Below, piece by piece: positions 34,261-44,671 of a DNA stretch of 44,671 nucleotides. Each line of letters starts with the position of its first letter. Within the stretch, counting starts at the first letter, position 1. The notes under the pieces were generated by a model. The model saw nothing but the letters and a program-made list of their open reading frames with translations. It did not search any database and was not told the DNA's origin. Where the stretch lies: contig JAPULJ010000735.1 of NCBI GenBank assembly GCA_027295145.1, forward strand, positions 1 through 44,671, written 5' to 3'. The translations under genes and the position numbers were made by a program. The DNA is from Alphaproteobacteria bacterium. Its GTDB lineage: Bacteria > Pseudomonadota > Alphaproteobacteria > JAPULJ01.

Positions 34261-35755
34261 CGATCCGCCCTCCGGTTTGGCGCAAGACCTCCCGAGCGAC
34301 TTCGCGGTCGTCGAACGGCAGGGTCCGCTCGCTGACGATCTGTCCCGGCTCGTGGCCCTTGCCGGCGATAATCAGCAGATCGCCTGTCGTAAGCTCTTCG
34401 ATGGCCGCTGCGATGGCTTGGGCGCGATCGCCGATTTCCTGGGCCTCGGGGCAACCTATCAGAACCGCGCGGCGGATCGCGCCGGCATCCTCGCTGCGCG
34501 GGTTGTCGTCGGTGACGATAGCGCGGTCGGCGAGACGGTGAACGACTTCGCCCATCATCGGGCGCTTGCCAGGATCGCGGTCGCCGCCGCAACCGAAGAC
34601 CACGCAGAGCTTACCGTCGGCGTGCGGCCGTACCGCTTCAAGCACGGTCTGTAGGGCGTCGGGGGTGTGCGCGTAATCGACGTAGATCGCAGCGCCGGCG
34701 TGGCTGACGCCGACCGGTTCCATGCGTCCGGGAGCGCCTTTGAGGGCTTCGAGCGCTGGCGCGACGTCGCCGGCATCATCGCCGCAGGCGGTTACCAGGC
34801 CGAACGCCGCTAGCGCGTTCATCGCCTGGAATCCGCCGATCAGGTCGAGCGCGGTTTGGTATTTTTTGCCGAAGGCGGTGAATGTGATCTCGATTCCGTG
34901 CGCATGGGGGCGCAATCGGTCGAGCCTGATTTCGCGGGCGTTCGAGCCGTAGTCGATGATGCTGTGTCCGCCCCTCTGTGACGCCTCGCGGAAAGCATCG
35001 AAGGCTTCGCTGTCGGCGTTGAGAACCGCTGTTCCGCCCGGCGCCATTAGCTCCGAGAACAGGCGTAGCTTGGACTTCAGATAGGCCTGCATCGTCCCGT
35101 GGTAGTCGAGATGGTCGCGCGACATGTTGGTGAAGGCGGCAGCCTTCATCTCGACCCCATCGAGCCGATACTGTTCGAGCCCATGGCTCGAGGCTTCGAG
35201 CGCCAAATGCTCGACCCCATGCTTTGCCAACCCTGCGAGATCGGCGTGCAGCGCGACCGGGTCGGGCGTCGTCAACACGGCCGGCTTTTCGTATCCCGGA
35301 GCGCTGATGCCGAGTGTGCCGAGGCTCGCCGCCTTGTAACCCAGCCGGGTCCAGATCTGGCGGGCGAAGGTGGCGACGGAAGTTTTGCCGTTGGTGCCGG
35401 TGATACCGGCGATGGTTTTGGGCTGGTGACTATGGAAGCGCGCCGCCATCAATGCCAGACGGCGGCGAGGATTTTCATCTTCCAGGGTGGCGATGCCCGG
35501 GCCGGGCCCACTATCGCCGGCACCGGCCTCGCCGATACCCGGCGGGCCGAGGACGGCGATGGCGCCCCGTTCTATGGCTTGGCCGACGAAGTCGCGGCCA
35601 TCAGCCCGCTCGCCGGGCAACGCAGCAAATAGATAGCCCGGCCCGACTGCGCGCGAGTCCGCAGTCAGGCCGAGGATATCGAGGTCGGCTACGGCAGGGG
35701 TCAAACCCGCCGGGCCGCTATCTGCGTTCCCGTCCATTAACTCGATAAGACGCAA
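34253..35755 (-). CDS. murE: UDP-MurNAc-dipeptide--meso-DAP ligase
   Basis: TGTNGKTS, EASSHG and DYAHTPD motifs, the DAP-specific DNPR, AGKGHE. Confidence 0.97.
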   Translation of the reverse strand: MRLIELMDGNADSGPAGLTPAVADLDILGLTADSRAVGPGYLFAALPGERADGRDFVGQAIERGAIAVLGPPGIGEAGAGDSGPGPGIATLEDENPRRRLALMAARFHSHQPKTIAGITGTNGKTSVATFARQIWTRLGYKAASLGTLGISAPGYEKPAVLTTPDPVALHADLAGLAKHGVEHLALEASSHGLEQYRLDGVEMKAAAFTNMSRDHLDYHGTMQAYLKSKLRLFSELMAPGGTAVLNADSEAFDAFREASQRGGHSIIDYGSNAREIRLDRLRPHAHGIEITFTAFGKKYQTALDLIGGFQAMNALAAFGLVTACGDDAGDVAPALEALKGAPGRMEPVGVSHAGAAIYVDYAHTPDALQTVLEAVRPHADGKLCVVFGCGGDRDPGKRPMMGEVVHRLADRAIVTDDNPRSEDAGAIRRAVLIGCPEAQEIGDRAQAIAAAIEELTTGDLLIIAGKGHEPGQIVSERTLPFDDREVAREVLRQTGGRIDG

Positions 35756-37478
35756 TCCTGCGTACTCCCGGCTTCATCCGCATCGGTGCCCACAGCCGGT
35801 CGTGCATATTTTCCTCGATCGGCTGAAGCTTAAGAATTGGCGCAATACGCGCGACAATCTTGGCGAAAGTAGGGGCCGCAACGAGCCCTCCTGTTGCTTT
35901 GAACCGCGTGTCCTTGTTGCCCTTGGGCTCGTCGAGCATGACAAGCAGGACGTAGCGCGGTCGGTGCATCGGGAAAGCGCCGATGAAGGACGACAACAGG
36001 CCTCGGGGTTTGCCCGGCGCACCGGTCGATTTATCGGCCGAGCCGGTCTTGCCGCCGACGAGATAACCTGGCGCCGCAGCCCGCCGCCCAGTTCCGCGCA
36101 GGACGACCTGTCGCATCAGATAACGGATACGCCGGGAAGTTTCTTCGGAGACGACCTGGCGTCCGCGCGGCTGCTCGCCATCCACCCGCTTAACCAGGGT
36201 CGGGGCGATCAGCCGGCCGCCATTGACGGTCGCGGCGACGGCGGCGCTGAACTGGACCGGGGTTACCGCGACACCGTGGCCAAAGGAAATGGTCATGGTA
36301 TTAATCGGCCGCCAGTTTTTGGGCCACAGCGGAACGCCGATCTCGGGCACTTCGATCCGGGCGGGGTGCAGGAGACCGAGCGTATCGAGAAACTTGCGTT
36401 GGCGCGCTCCACCAAATGCCAGCGCCATCTTGGCCGAACCGATGTTGGAGGATTTCACGAAGATTTCGTCGACCGAGAGCCAGCGGCCGGCCGGCGAATA
36501 GTCGCGAATGCGAAATCGCGCGACCCGGATCGGCTGTCGCGCATCGAACCGGTCGGTCAAACGCGCGGTGCCGCTTTCGAGTGCCAGTGCGGTGTTCAGG
36601 ATTTTAAATGTCGAGCCCATCTCGTAGACGCCGAGCGTCGCCTGGTTGAAGCGATTTCCGGCCGGCGCAGCGGTGGCATCGTTGGGATCGAAGTCGGGCA
36701 GGGAGACTATCGCCAGTACCTCTCCGTTGCTGGTGTTAAGCAGCAACGCGGTTCCGGCCTTGGCCCGGTAGCGCTTGATCGCCGCCGCCATTTCGCCGCG
36801 CAGGACATACTGGAGGCGGATGTCGAGGGAGAGCCGTATTGGCTTGCGGCTCTTACGGAGGCGCTCGTCGAAAAATTTTTCGATCCCGGCGAGACCGGAA
36901 TTGTCGCGGTCCGTGAAGCCTAGAACATGGCTAGCGAGGCGGCCTAGCGGATAGACGCGGCGTTTGTCCGCACGCACGTATAGACCTGGAATTCCAAGGG
37001 AATTGACCGACTGGTATTGGTCTGGTGTGAGGTGCCGGCGCAACCAGATGAAGCGGCGATTGCTCTTGAGTTTGCGGAGGAGCTTCGCATGTTTCAGGTT
37101 CGGCAGGATGCGCACCAAATGCGTTGCAGCGGCCATCGCGTTGGGTACCTGTCTGGCGTCCGCATAGAGCGAGTAGGTTCGCAAGGTGGTTGCCAGGATG
37201 ATCCCGTTCCGATCGAGGATCACCGCGCGCTGATCATGGGTATTCGTGCTAGCACGGTGCGCAACTTGCGGCGCGTTGCCGACGCTGAGCAGGGCTACAT
37301 CTATCAGGCGCACGCCGAGCCCGGCGAAGGCGATGGCGAATACGAGGCTGGCCAGTACGACGCGGCCCCGGCCCGTCTCCAGCCGCCGGGCGGCGGCACC
37401 CTCGCGGCGCGGCCGGCGGGTCGGGCGCAGCGCCTCGCCGATGGTATGCCTACGCAGCCGTGCATCTGTCATGGTCAT
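35718..37478 (-). CDS. ftsI: Penicillin-binding protein 3
   Basis: STFK (SxxK), SSN (SxN) and KTG motifs; N-terminal TM segment and dimerization domain. Confidence 0.95.
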   Translation of the reverse strand: MTMTDARLRRHTIGEALRPTRRPRREGAAARRLETGRGRVVLASLVFAIAFAGLGVRLIDVALLSVGNAPQVAHRASTNTHDQRAVILDRNGIILATTLRTYSLYADARQVPNAMAAATHLVRILPNLKHAKLLRKLKSNRRFIWLRRHLTPDQYQSVNSLGIPGLYVRADKRRVYPLGRLASHVLGFTDRDNSGLAGIEKFFDERLRKSRKPIRLSLDIRLQYVLRGEMAAAIKRYRAKAGTALLLNTSNGEVLAIVSLPDFDPNDATAAPAGNRFNQATLGVYEMGSTFKILNTALALESGTARLTDRFDARQPIRVARFRIRDYSPAGRWLSVDEIFVKSSNIGSAKMALAFGGARQRKFLDTLGLLHPARIEVPEIGVPLWPKNWRPINTMTISFGHGVAVTPVQFSAAVAATVNGGRLIAPTLVKRVDGEQPRGRQVVSEETSRRIRYLMRQVVLRGTGRRAAAPGYLVGGKTGSADKSTGAPGKPRGLLSSFIGAFPMHRPRYVLLVMLDEPKGNKDTRFKATGGLVAAPTFAKIVARIAPILKLQPIEENMHDRLWAPMRMKPGVRRIASYRVNGRERR

Positions 37479-37801
37479 TGCGAAGCCTCCGCGTTGGCGG
37501 GTTGTTCGATACGTCCGGCAGGACCGAACCGATGCGGCAGTTCGGAGAAGACGCGGACGTTGCTGGGTGTCACTTGCCGCAGGCGCAGATATCGTTTGGC
37601 CAAACGTGCAAGGCGTTCGGGCCGGTTAAGGTAGGTCCACTCCGCCTCGAGCACTTCAATGGCGCGGCGGTCGCCAGCGGCTGTCCTGTCGATAGCGGCG
37701 AGACGGCGCTCGAGGATCTGCACTTCCTGTTTGAAGTGAAAGAGGCCGGTGACGAGGCCGGCGATGAGCAACAGCCAAATTGCGCCTACAGCCCGCGTCA
37801 T
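37475..37801 (-). CDS. ftsL: Cell division protein FtsL (alphaproteobacterial type)
   Basis: TM segment plus coiled coil, [14 protein letters not shown] motif, position between rsmH and ftsI. Confidence 0.85.
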   Translation of the reverse strand: MTRAVGAIWLLLIAGLVTGLFHFKQEVQILERRLAAIDRTAAGDRRAIEVLEAEWTYLNRPERLARLAKRYLRLRQVTPSNVRVFSELPHRFGPAGRIEQPANAEASQ

Positions 37802-38772
37802 GCCATCGCTCCATCATGCGCCGCATGCCGTGGCCAGGCCGGGGCGGGGGTCCGTTCCGCCGCCCGCAGACGGGCCGAGCGGGCACGGGGATTGCGCGCG
37901 ATTTCGGCTGGTTGGGCCCGGAGCGGCCGCGCGGTGAGAGCCCGGAAGCTGGGGCTCAGCGGGGGCCTGTCCGCGGGGAGGTGGCGCGAGGCCCTGGGCG
38001 CGCGGCCGCTCCGGTGTCTGATGAAGTGCTTGACCTTGCGGTCTTCGAGGGAATGGAAGGAAACCACCGCCAAGCGGCCACCCGGCGCGAGGATCGCCTC
38101 GGCGCTTTCGAGGCCTCGGTCGAGCTCGCCGAGCTCGTCGTTGACTTCGATCCGCAACGCTTGAAATGTCCTGGTCGCGGGATCGATGCCGTCGGCTGAC
38201 TTAGGCACGACACCGCGGACGATCCGGGCAAGGTCGTTGGTACGCGTTATCGGCGCCAGCTGGCGCGCTTCGACGATGGCCCGGGCGACGGCGCGGGCGT
38301 GGCGCTCTTCGCCGAAGCGGCGAATTAAAGCCGCGAGATCGCCCTCGGTCATGGTGTTGACGATGTCGGCGGCGCTGGCGCCCGCACGCTCCATACGCAT
38401 ATCGAGCGGACCCTCGAAGCGAAACGAGAAGCCGCGATCGGCGTCGTCGATCTGCGGCGAGGATACGCCGAGGTCGAGGGCGACGCCGTCGACGGCGCTC
38501 ACCGCGTGGTCTTCTAGCAGCCGGTCCATGTCGCCGAAACGGCCGTGGATGAGACCGAGCCGGCCCGCATAGGTTTCGGCGAGCTTCTGCCCGCGGGCGA
38601 TGGAATCGGGGTCGCGATCGATCCCCCAGACGCGGCAATCGGCGGCGTCCAGCAGAGCCCGCGAATATCCGCCCCCCCCGAAGGTGCCGTCGACGTAGAC
38701 CGCCCCGGACCGGGGCTTCAGGAGGTCGATGACCTCACTTAGGAGAACAGGGGTGTGGTCCGGTGCGGTCAC
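37798..38772 (-). CDS. rsmH: 16S rRNA m4C1402 methyltransferase
   Basis: [30 protein letters not shown] and [10 protein letters not shown] motifs. Confidence 0.97.
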   Translation of the reverse strand: MTAPDHTPVLLSEVIDLLKPRSGAVYVDGTFGGGGYSRALLDAADCRVWGIDRDPDSIARGQKLAETYAGRLGLIHGRFGDMDRLLEDHAVSAVDGVALDLGVSSPQIDDADRGFSFRFEGPLDMRMERAGASAADIVNTMTEGDLAALIRRFGEERHARAVARAIVEARQLAPITRTNDLARIVRGVVPKSADGIDPATRTFQALRIEVNDELGELDRGLESAEAILAPGGRLAVVSFHSLEDRKVKHFIRHRSGRAPRASRHLPADRPPLSPSFRALTARPLRAQPAEIARNPRARSARLRAAERTPAPAWPRHAAHDGAMA

Positions 38773-39239
38773 GCCGACGGCCCCCTCGCTCGGGGGAGGA
38801 GCCTCAGACTGGCACCGCCGGGGCGCGCCTGGTCATCTATTTTGGCCAGTTGATCGGCACGCCGTTCGGGTTGCCAGATTTGAAATGTCGGTCCGATGCC
38901 GACAAAGAGCGCCCTGCCTGCGATGCCGGCATGGGCTAGAAAATTCTGCGGCAGCTGAACGCGGCCGTTTTCGTCGAAAGGCAGTTCCGTCGACCGGGAG
39001 AGGATGCTCTCGGCCTGCAGGCGTTGCTCATCGGTATAAAGGCCGGGGTCGTCGATCGCTTCGGCAACCTGTGCGATGCGATTGTGATCGCAGGCATCGA
39101 TGACGTCGTTTTCGAAGGACGGAGCGACGACGATGCCCTGATAAGTCTGGCCGGCGATGGCGATACGAAAACGCGCCGGCACGGAAACCCGCCCCTTGGC
39201 GTCAACCTTATTTTCGTAGCTGCCGATAAACGTCGCCAT
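38769..39239 (-). CDS. mraZ: Transcriptional regulator MraZ
   Basis: [18 protein letters not shown] and DENGRV (two DxxGR motifs), FQIW. Confidence 0.93.
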   Translation of the reverse strand: MATFIGSYENKVDAKGRVSVPARFRIAIAGQTYQGIVVAPSFENDVIDACDHNRIAQVAEAIDDPGLYTDEQRLQAESILSRSTELPFDENGRVQLPQNFLAHAGIAGRALFVGIGPTFQIWQPERRADQLAKIDDQARPGGASLRLLPRARGPSA

Positions 39240-39350
39240 TATAATCCCCGAATTCCCAGGGTCCCGATGGCCCCTGGCCCCCACGAGTCCCGGAGCTTGT
39301 TTCCCCACTCCGGGTGGCGCCCGGCGGCATGAGCAGTGCCTCATACCGTT

Positions 39351-39409
39351 CATAGGCGTTCATGGGATATCATGGGATGATATGGCGGTCAATGTTAACA
39401 AACAGTAAA
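39351..39409 (-). promoter_or_regulatory. dcw promoter region with MraZ-type 10-bp repeats and a CtrA-like box
   Basis: CATAGGCGTT-CATGGGATAT-CATGGGATGA-TATGGCGGTC (39351-39390, plus strand). Minus strand TTTA-N7-TTAAC at 39394-39409, and TTGACC, 17 nt, TATCCC. Confidence 0.6.
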
Positions 39410-39738
39410 AATTGACCTACGCAAGTAGTGGTATGTCGCCAATCTAGTAAGCGCAGATATAGCGATACGGATAATTGTGTGCGCCAACGTGGTGTTGTGC
39501 CTGTTTTCTATGCATTAGTGTTGATGAATAGTTGTTGCTAGTTTGTTCTTAACAACAAATACTTCCAAAGACTTCGCTGAACCACAAACCGAAACCCAGT
39601 AATCTCAATTTCCGGACCTTATGGATTGGCGCTGCCGATCGCACAGGCGCTACCCAAGAATTGATCCGGTGTCCGGTAATACCAGAGAAGGACAACCAAT
39701 CATTCCTATGACCGGTCGGTATAAATTCGAATAAAAGC

Positions 39739-40121
<383 letters not shown>

Positions 40122-40187
40122 TTGGGTTCACTTAAGGAGTGGTGATTGATGGGTCAACCGGCGTATCGGCCCCCGGTGGTGGTCGGA

Positions 40188-40886
40188 TCAGGATTCGAGC
40201 ATTGCGCAGAGCGCCTGTAACCGCCCGGCTGTCCCGGCATCCGGCTCGCCGTCGAAGCGCGCTGGTCGGAAGTGGCGCTGAAAGGCAGCGATGGCGCGAC
40301 GGCTGGCCTCGTCCAGTATGCCGGTGCCGGTGACCTCGTAGCCGAAGCGGGCGAGCATCATTTGCAAGCCGGCAATTGGCATTTCGGAGTCTTTTATCCC
40401 GTCGCCGGGCCACAGTCCGATCCCGGCGCCAGCGAGGCGCACCCAGTCGAACAATTCGCCCGGATCTTCCTTGCGCCCCGGGGCCACGTCGGAATGGGCC
40501 AGAACCCGGTGCGGCGGAATGGAGTGGCGGGCAAGGATGCTGGCGGCCAGCTCACACAGCGCCGCCATCTGTGCCTCGGGAAAGGCACGGTAGCCGAATT
40601 CGTGGCCAGGATTGACCAGCTCGATGCCGATCGAGCGGCCGTTGATGTCGCGGCTGCCGGCCCAGTAGCTTTTCCCCGCGTGCCAGGCGCGGCGATCTTC
40701 GTCGACGTGGCGATAGATCGTGCCGTCTTCATCAATGGTGTAGTGGGCACTGACTTTCGCCGCTGGATCGCATAGGCGTTCGAGGGCGGCCTCGGCGGTC
40801 CGCATGCCTGTATAGTGAAGGAGCAGGATATCGACTTGTATATCCGGCGAGCGGGCCTCGTGATTCGGCGAGGGGCGTTCGATCAC
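40188..40886 (-). CDS. N-acetylmuramoyl-L-alanine amidase (Amidase_2 plus PG-binding domain, AmpD/AmiD-like)
   Basis: LHYTGM, VSAHY, RAWHAG, SIGIE, HSDVAPGRKEDPG and AFQRHF motifs; the GTG overlaps the upstream TGA. Confidence 0.92.
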   Translation of the reverse strand: MIERPSPNHEARSPDIQVDILLLHYTGMRTAEAALERLCDPAAKVSAHYTIDEDGTIYRHVDEDRRAWHAGKSYWAGSRDINGRSIGIELVNPGHEFGYRAFPEAQMAALCELAASILARHSIPPHRVLAHSDVAPGRKEDPGELFDWVRLAGAGIGLWPGDGIKDSEMPIAGLQMMLARFGYEVTGTGILDEASRRAIAAFQRHFRPARFDGEPDAGTAGRLQALCAMLES

Positions 40887-42550
40887 GGCTCGCCGGTGGT
40901 CAGGCGCCGGCCCAGGGATTCGAGCTCGCCGCGGACATCCTCGTCGGGCTCGTCGCCGAGCGAGGCGTGGAGCGCGGTTTCCACCTGCGGGCCCCAACTT
41001 TCGGGCTCCATCGCGGCCATGATCTGGCAGGCCTGCAGGCGGTGGCGGATCACCGGGCTGCGCAAGGCAGCGACCGTGAGGCGTGCGCTGTAGGGTCCCC
41101 GCCGCTCGATTTCCTGCAGCACAAAATCGAGGCAACCGCGCACGTCCCAATCGTCGCCGAGGCCGAGTTCGAGGGCCGGGCCGCAGCCGATCTGATCGAG
41201 TGGCAAATTGACCTCGGCGAAATCGATGATCGTTTGCCTCTTCCTGCTGTCGCTTGTGCGCAGAAGATCGTAATAGAGTTTCTGGTCGTGCGGCGCCTTT
41301 TTCAATTGCTTGAAGCCGATCTCCCAGAGATCAATGCCGAGCACCTCGGCGCAGGCGAACGCAAGACCGCTTCTCGGCTCAGCGCCCGCTTGGTAAGCAG
41401 ACCGCACCCGGTTGGCCCATTCGGGCGCCTGCAGTACGCGCTCGCTGCGACCGATCAGCTCGCGGCGGAGCAAATCGCTCCACCCCATCTCTCGGAGTTC
41501 TTGGCGGGTCTGTTCATCGGGCTCTTCGCGTTCTTCGGAGAATGCGACTTCGTGGACCGGGCGCAGCCAACGCAGCCATTCGGCGATCCTCACCACCGTG
41601 TAAAGCCTTTCTATCGAATCGCACCGGTGCTCGAGATGGCGCAGAAGATGGTCGACCGCGATGGGGCCCTCTGCATAGCCTTGGATGTCGACCGACGGGC
41701 CGCCGCCCTCGATCAATGAGAGGACGATGGTGCAGGCGCCGTCCAGCAATTCTTCGTCGATCGTTTCGGCGGCGAGCGCGCCGTCGAGGTCGCCGGCGGT
41801 GGCGCAAAGATAAGCGAGATAGCCGTCCTCGACCTCGTTGTCGCAACCCTTTCGCAAGAGCCAATCGCGGATGTCGGCGCGACGCAAAGCGGCGTCGGCG
41901 AGGCGCTCGACTAGGTGGATCTTGCCCCAGCCGCGCACGGTGCCGGCGAGTTCGAGCCAGTGATCGGCCGGCTCCTCGCACAGATTACCAATGGCGACTG
42001 CGGCGAAGAGGGTGAACTCGTCGTGCCGGGCCAGGGTCTTTAGGTTGTCGATGTCTTCGTCGGTGGCACCGAGGCCGAGGATCATGATGCCGAGCTTCAG
42101 CGGCTCGCGGTGGGCAGCGGTTTCGACGAGCCATTTGCCGACCGCCCATAAGCGCTCACGGTCGATGCTTTCGCGCGCCCGCAGGGCTTCGAGAATGGCG
42201 TCGCCGGCGGTGATCAACGATTCCTCGCGGGCCAACGTGTAGAGGCGCTCCATATCCTCCTCGGCGAGGGAAAGTGTGACCGCCTCGACCGCGTCGACCA
42301 AGCCAGCGGCGCGGGACTCGCTTTCTTCGTCTTCGGGCGTGATGGCGTGGTTGAGCAGGATCCCGTCAAGCGCACCGCCGGCGAATCGGACCTCGCCCAA
42401 ATCCCAGTCGGTCAACTCGCCGTCGGGGAGGTCGAGTTCTTGGGCGCCGTCCCAGGCGCGGATCAGATCGAGAAGCGCCGGCGCTTCCGCGCCATGCCCA
42501 CCGTGCGCTGCCGATCGCCCTGTCCAAAGTCTTTTCAGGAAGCCGAACAT
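40883..42550 (-). CDS. Hypothetical acidic, probably alpha-helical-repeat protein (555 aa)
   Basis: Long ORF packed between EamA (3-nt gap) and the amidase (GTGA overlap); Leu/Glu/Ala-rich; no catalytic motif recognised. Confidence 0.75.
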   Translation of the reverse strand: MFGFLKRLWTGRSAAHGGHGAEAPALLDLIRAWDGAQELDLPDGELTDWDLGEVRFAGGALDGILLNHAITPEDEESESRAAGLVDAVEAVTLSLAEEDMERLYTLAREESLITAGDAILEALRARESIDRERLWAVGKWLVETAAHREPLKLGIMILGLGATDEDIDNLKTLARHDEFTLFAAVAIGNLCEEPADHWLELAGTVRGWGKIHLVERLADAALRRADIRDWLLRKGCDNEVEDGYLAYLCATAGDLDGALAAETIDEELLDGACTIVLSLIEGGGPSVDIQGYAEGPIAVDHLLRHLEHRCDSIERLYTVVRIAEWLRWLRPVHEVAFSEEREEPDEQTRQELREMGWSDLLRRELIGRSERVLQAPEWANRVRSAYQAGAEPRSGLAFACAEVLGIDLWEIGFKQLKKAPHDQKLYYDLLRTSDSRKRQTIIDFAEVNLPLDQIGCGPALELGLGDDWDVRGCLDFVLQEIERRGPYSARLTVAALRSPVIRHRLQACQIMAAMEPESWGPQVETALHASLGDEPDEDVRGELESLGRRLTTGEP

Positions 42551-42553
42551 TCA

Positions 42554-43420
42554 TCAGACCTCTGGTCCGCCGAACTTGGGCCGGCGCAGCACGATGATCG
42601 CCACCCCACCAAGCGTTGCCACGCCGCCAATGGCAATCGTCCAACTCAACGGCTCACCCAGCACAGCGACGCCGGAAAGCACGCCGACAAACGGGACCAA
42701 AAGCGTAAACGGCATGGTCTGGTTGGTCGCGTATTTTCCGATCATATAGTACCAAACACCGTAACCGATCACGGTTACAATTACCGACATATAAGCGATC
42801 GCCGCCCATTCAAGCCAGCCAGCGTTGGTTAGCGCGGCGATCTGTCCTTCCTCCAGCACCAATGAGGCAAGCAGAAGCTGCGGCGCGGCCAGTAGCGAAA
42901 TCCAGGCATTGAGCGCCAAGCCGTCGATCCGCTTCAGTCGCTTGATCTGGATATTGGCGACCGCCCAGACAGCCGATGCGCCGATCACCATCAACAGATA
43001 TACAAGGTCTGTCCTGACCGTCGGCGCGCCGGCGACAACGACGATCCCAGCGAAAGCGAGCGCCATGCCGAGCCCACGGCGCCAGCCGAAATAGTCCTTG
43101 AACAGTACGGCGGCGAGGATGGCGGCAATGGGGACTTGGAGTTGAATGGCGATTGCGGCGATCGAGGCGGCGACCTTGGTCAAGCCGATGAACATGAGGC
43201 TGAAATGCAAGCTGCCCATGGTCACCGACAGGATCGCGATCTGTTTCCACATTCCCTTGGGCCGGGGCGCGAACCAGACCAGCGCCAGGGCCACGATCCC
43301 AAAACGCAAAGCCATCATGAACAAAGGCGGGAAGACCTCGAGTCCGGTCTTGGCGACGACGAAATTAAAGCCCCAGATGATGATGACGAAGAGGATCAGG
43401 ACTGTATGGCCGAGGCTCAC
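42554..43420 (-). CDS. EamA/DMT-family transporter
   Basis: IWGFNFVV motif, ~10 hydrophobic helices, duplicated EamA domain, LGEPL. Confidence 0.9.
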   Translation of the reverse strand: MSLGHTVLILFVIIIWGFNFVVAKTGLEVFPPLFMMALRFGIVALALVWFAPRPKGMWKQIAILSVTMGSLHFSLMFIGLTKVAASIAAIAIQLQVPIAAILAAVLFKDYFGWRRGLGMALAFAGIVVVAGAPTVRTDLVYLLMVIGASAVWAVANIQIKRLKRIDGLALNAWISLLAAPQLLLASLVLEEGQIAALTNAGWLEWAAIAYMSVIVTVIGYGVWYYMIGKYATNQTMPFTLLVPFVGVLSGVAVLGEPLSWTIAIGGVATLGGVAIIVLRRPKFGGPEV

Positions 43421-44671
43421 GGCGAGGCCATCATTTCACGCAAATCCTCAAGCTCGACCCAGCGATCCTCTGCCGTGATCAGCTCGCCGCGCGCCGTATC
43501 GAGGCGGCCAGCGGCGGCCTCGAAACCGGCCTGATCGCGCTCGAAGAAGCCGGCATCGGCGAGGGCGGCCTCGAGTCCGGCGATTTCCTCGCCGAGGGCC
43601 TCGATTCGCCGGGGTAAGTGATCGAGTTCGTACTGGTCCTTATAGGTCAGCCGGCTGCGTGGGGATTTGGATTTTATCGGCGCTGATTTCGCCGGCTGCG
43701 CCGGTTTGGCGCGGGATTTGGTTGCCTCGCCGCCTTTGCTTTGACGTAGATAATCCTGATAGCCGCCGGGAAATTCATGCACTTCTCCATCGCCGGTCAG
43801 GGCGATAGTGCTGGTGACGGTGCGGTCGAGGAAGTCACGGTCGTGGCTGACCAGCAATATGGTGCCACTATAGTCGGCAAGCGCTTCCTGCAGGATGTCG
43901 AGGGTGTCCATGTCGAGATCGTTGGTCGGCTCGTCGAGAACCAGGAAATCCGAAGGGGTGGCGAGGATCTTCATCAGCAGGAGCCGGTTCCGTTCGCCCC
44001 CCGACAGGCTGCCGACGGGGCTCTCGGCGCCCTTGGGGTCGAAGAGAAAATCCTTGAGGTAGGCGCGGACATGGCGCGGCCGGCCGCGCACCAGAATCTG
44101 GTCGCCGCCGCCCGGCACCAGCGTCTCCCATAACGTCTTGGCTGGGTCGAGAGATTCCCGGTTCTGGTCGAAATAGGCGCAACGAAGGTGCTTGGACACT
44201 TTGACGGTGCCGCGATCTGGGACGAGCTCGCCGGTCAGCATGCGCAGCAGGGTCGTCTTGCCGGCGCCGTTGGGGCCGATCAGCCCGATGCGGTCGCCGC
44301 GCAGGATGCGGGTGGAAAAGGCGCGCACGATCAACTTCTCGGCGTCACCTTCACCGAAACTCTTGCCGGCGTCCTTAGCCTCGAGCACCAGCTTGCTTTT
44401 GATTTCGCTCGTGTCGATACGGAGCTTGACTGATTTGCCGCCACCGATTATCGCGGCGCGGGTGGCTCGCATTTCCTCGAGCTTGCGTAAGCGCCCCTGA
44501 TTGCGCTTGCGCCGGGCGGTGATGCCGCGTAACAGCCAGCGCGATTCCTGCGCGAGCCTGGCGTCGAGGCGTTCGGCGGCTCTGCTCTCTTCGGCAAGAA
44601 CCTCCTCCGACCAGGCCTCGAAGCCAGCAAAACCGCGCTCCCGCTGGCGGATCTGCCGGCTCGCCAGCCAG
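43417..44671 (-). CDS. uup: ABC-F ATPase Uup (5' part outside the window)
   Basis: Frame open to the window edge; linker WLLRGITARRKRNQGR, GPNGAGKT, LSGGERNR, LDEPTNDLD, Uup-type C-terminal coiled coil. Confidence 0.9.
   Translation of the reverse strand, partial: WLASRQIRQRERGFAGFEAWSEEVLAEESRAAERLDARLAQESRWLLRGITARRKRNQGRLRKLEEMRATRAAIIGGGKSVKLRIDTSEIKSKLVLEAKDAGKSFGEGDAEKLIVRAFSTRILRGDRIGLIGPNGAGKTTLLRMLTGELVPDRGTVKVSKHLRCAYFDQNRESLDPAKTLWETLVPGGGDQILVRGRPRHVRAYLKDFLFDPKGAESPVGSLSGGERNRLLLMKILATPSDFLVLDEPTNDLDMDTLDILQEALADYSGTILLVSHDRDFLDRTVTSTIALTGDGEVHEFPGGYQDYLRQSKGGEATKSRAKPAQPAKSAPIKSKSPRSRLTYKDQYELDHLPRRIEALGEEIAGLEAALADAGFFERDQAGFEAAAGRLDTARGELITAEDRWVELEDLREMMASP

Overview
A GC-rich alphaproteobacterial (Rhodospirillales-like, inferred from gene content and order) chromosomal segment. 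Positions ~14.6-39.2 kb carry a complete minus-strand dcw cluster (mraZ-rsmH-ftsL-ftsI-murE-murF-mraY-murD-ftsW-murG-murC-murB-ddl-ftsQ-ftsA-ftsZ-lpxC-bamD-recN-ligA). Upstream of it lie rnpB, an amidase, a 555-aa hypothetical, an EamA transporter and a partial uup. The left 14.5 kb is mixed and accessory: a DcaP-like porin, two neighbouring genes each broken by one in-frame stop (FkbM methyltransferase, acyl-ACP thioesterase), PepSY-like and EthD proteins, a MetE-C-terminal-type enzyme coupled to a BtuCD/FecDE-like transporter, a TetR/carotenoid-oxygenase divergon with visible operators, prmA, a Tat-type intradiol dioxygenase, DUF1127 and aminopeptidase P. The main oddities are: an in-frame TAG inside the normally essential murD (the third nonsense codon in the window), a perfect 30-bp-arm AT-rich palindrome between pepP and ligA, and a phased 21-bp repeat array with a perfect CRP-type box upstream of the porin. 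I found no CRISPR array, tRNA, rRNA, transposase or phage gene, and I cannot confidently claim a new multi-gene system.
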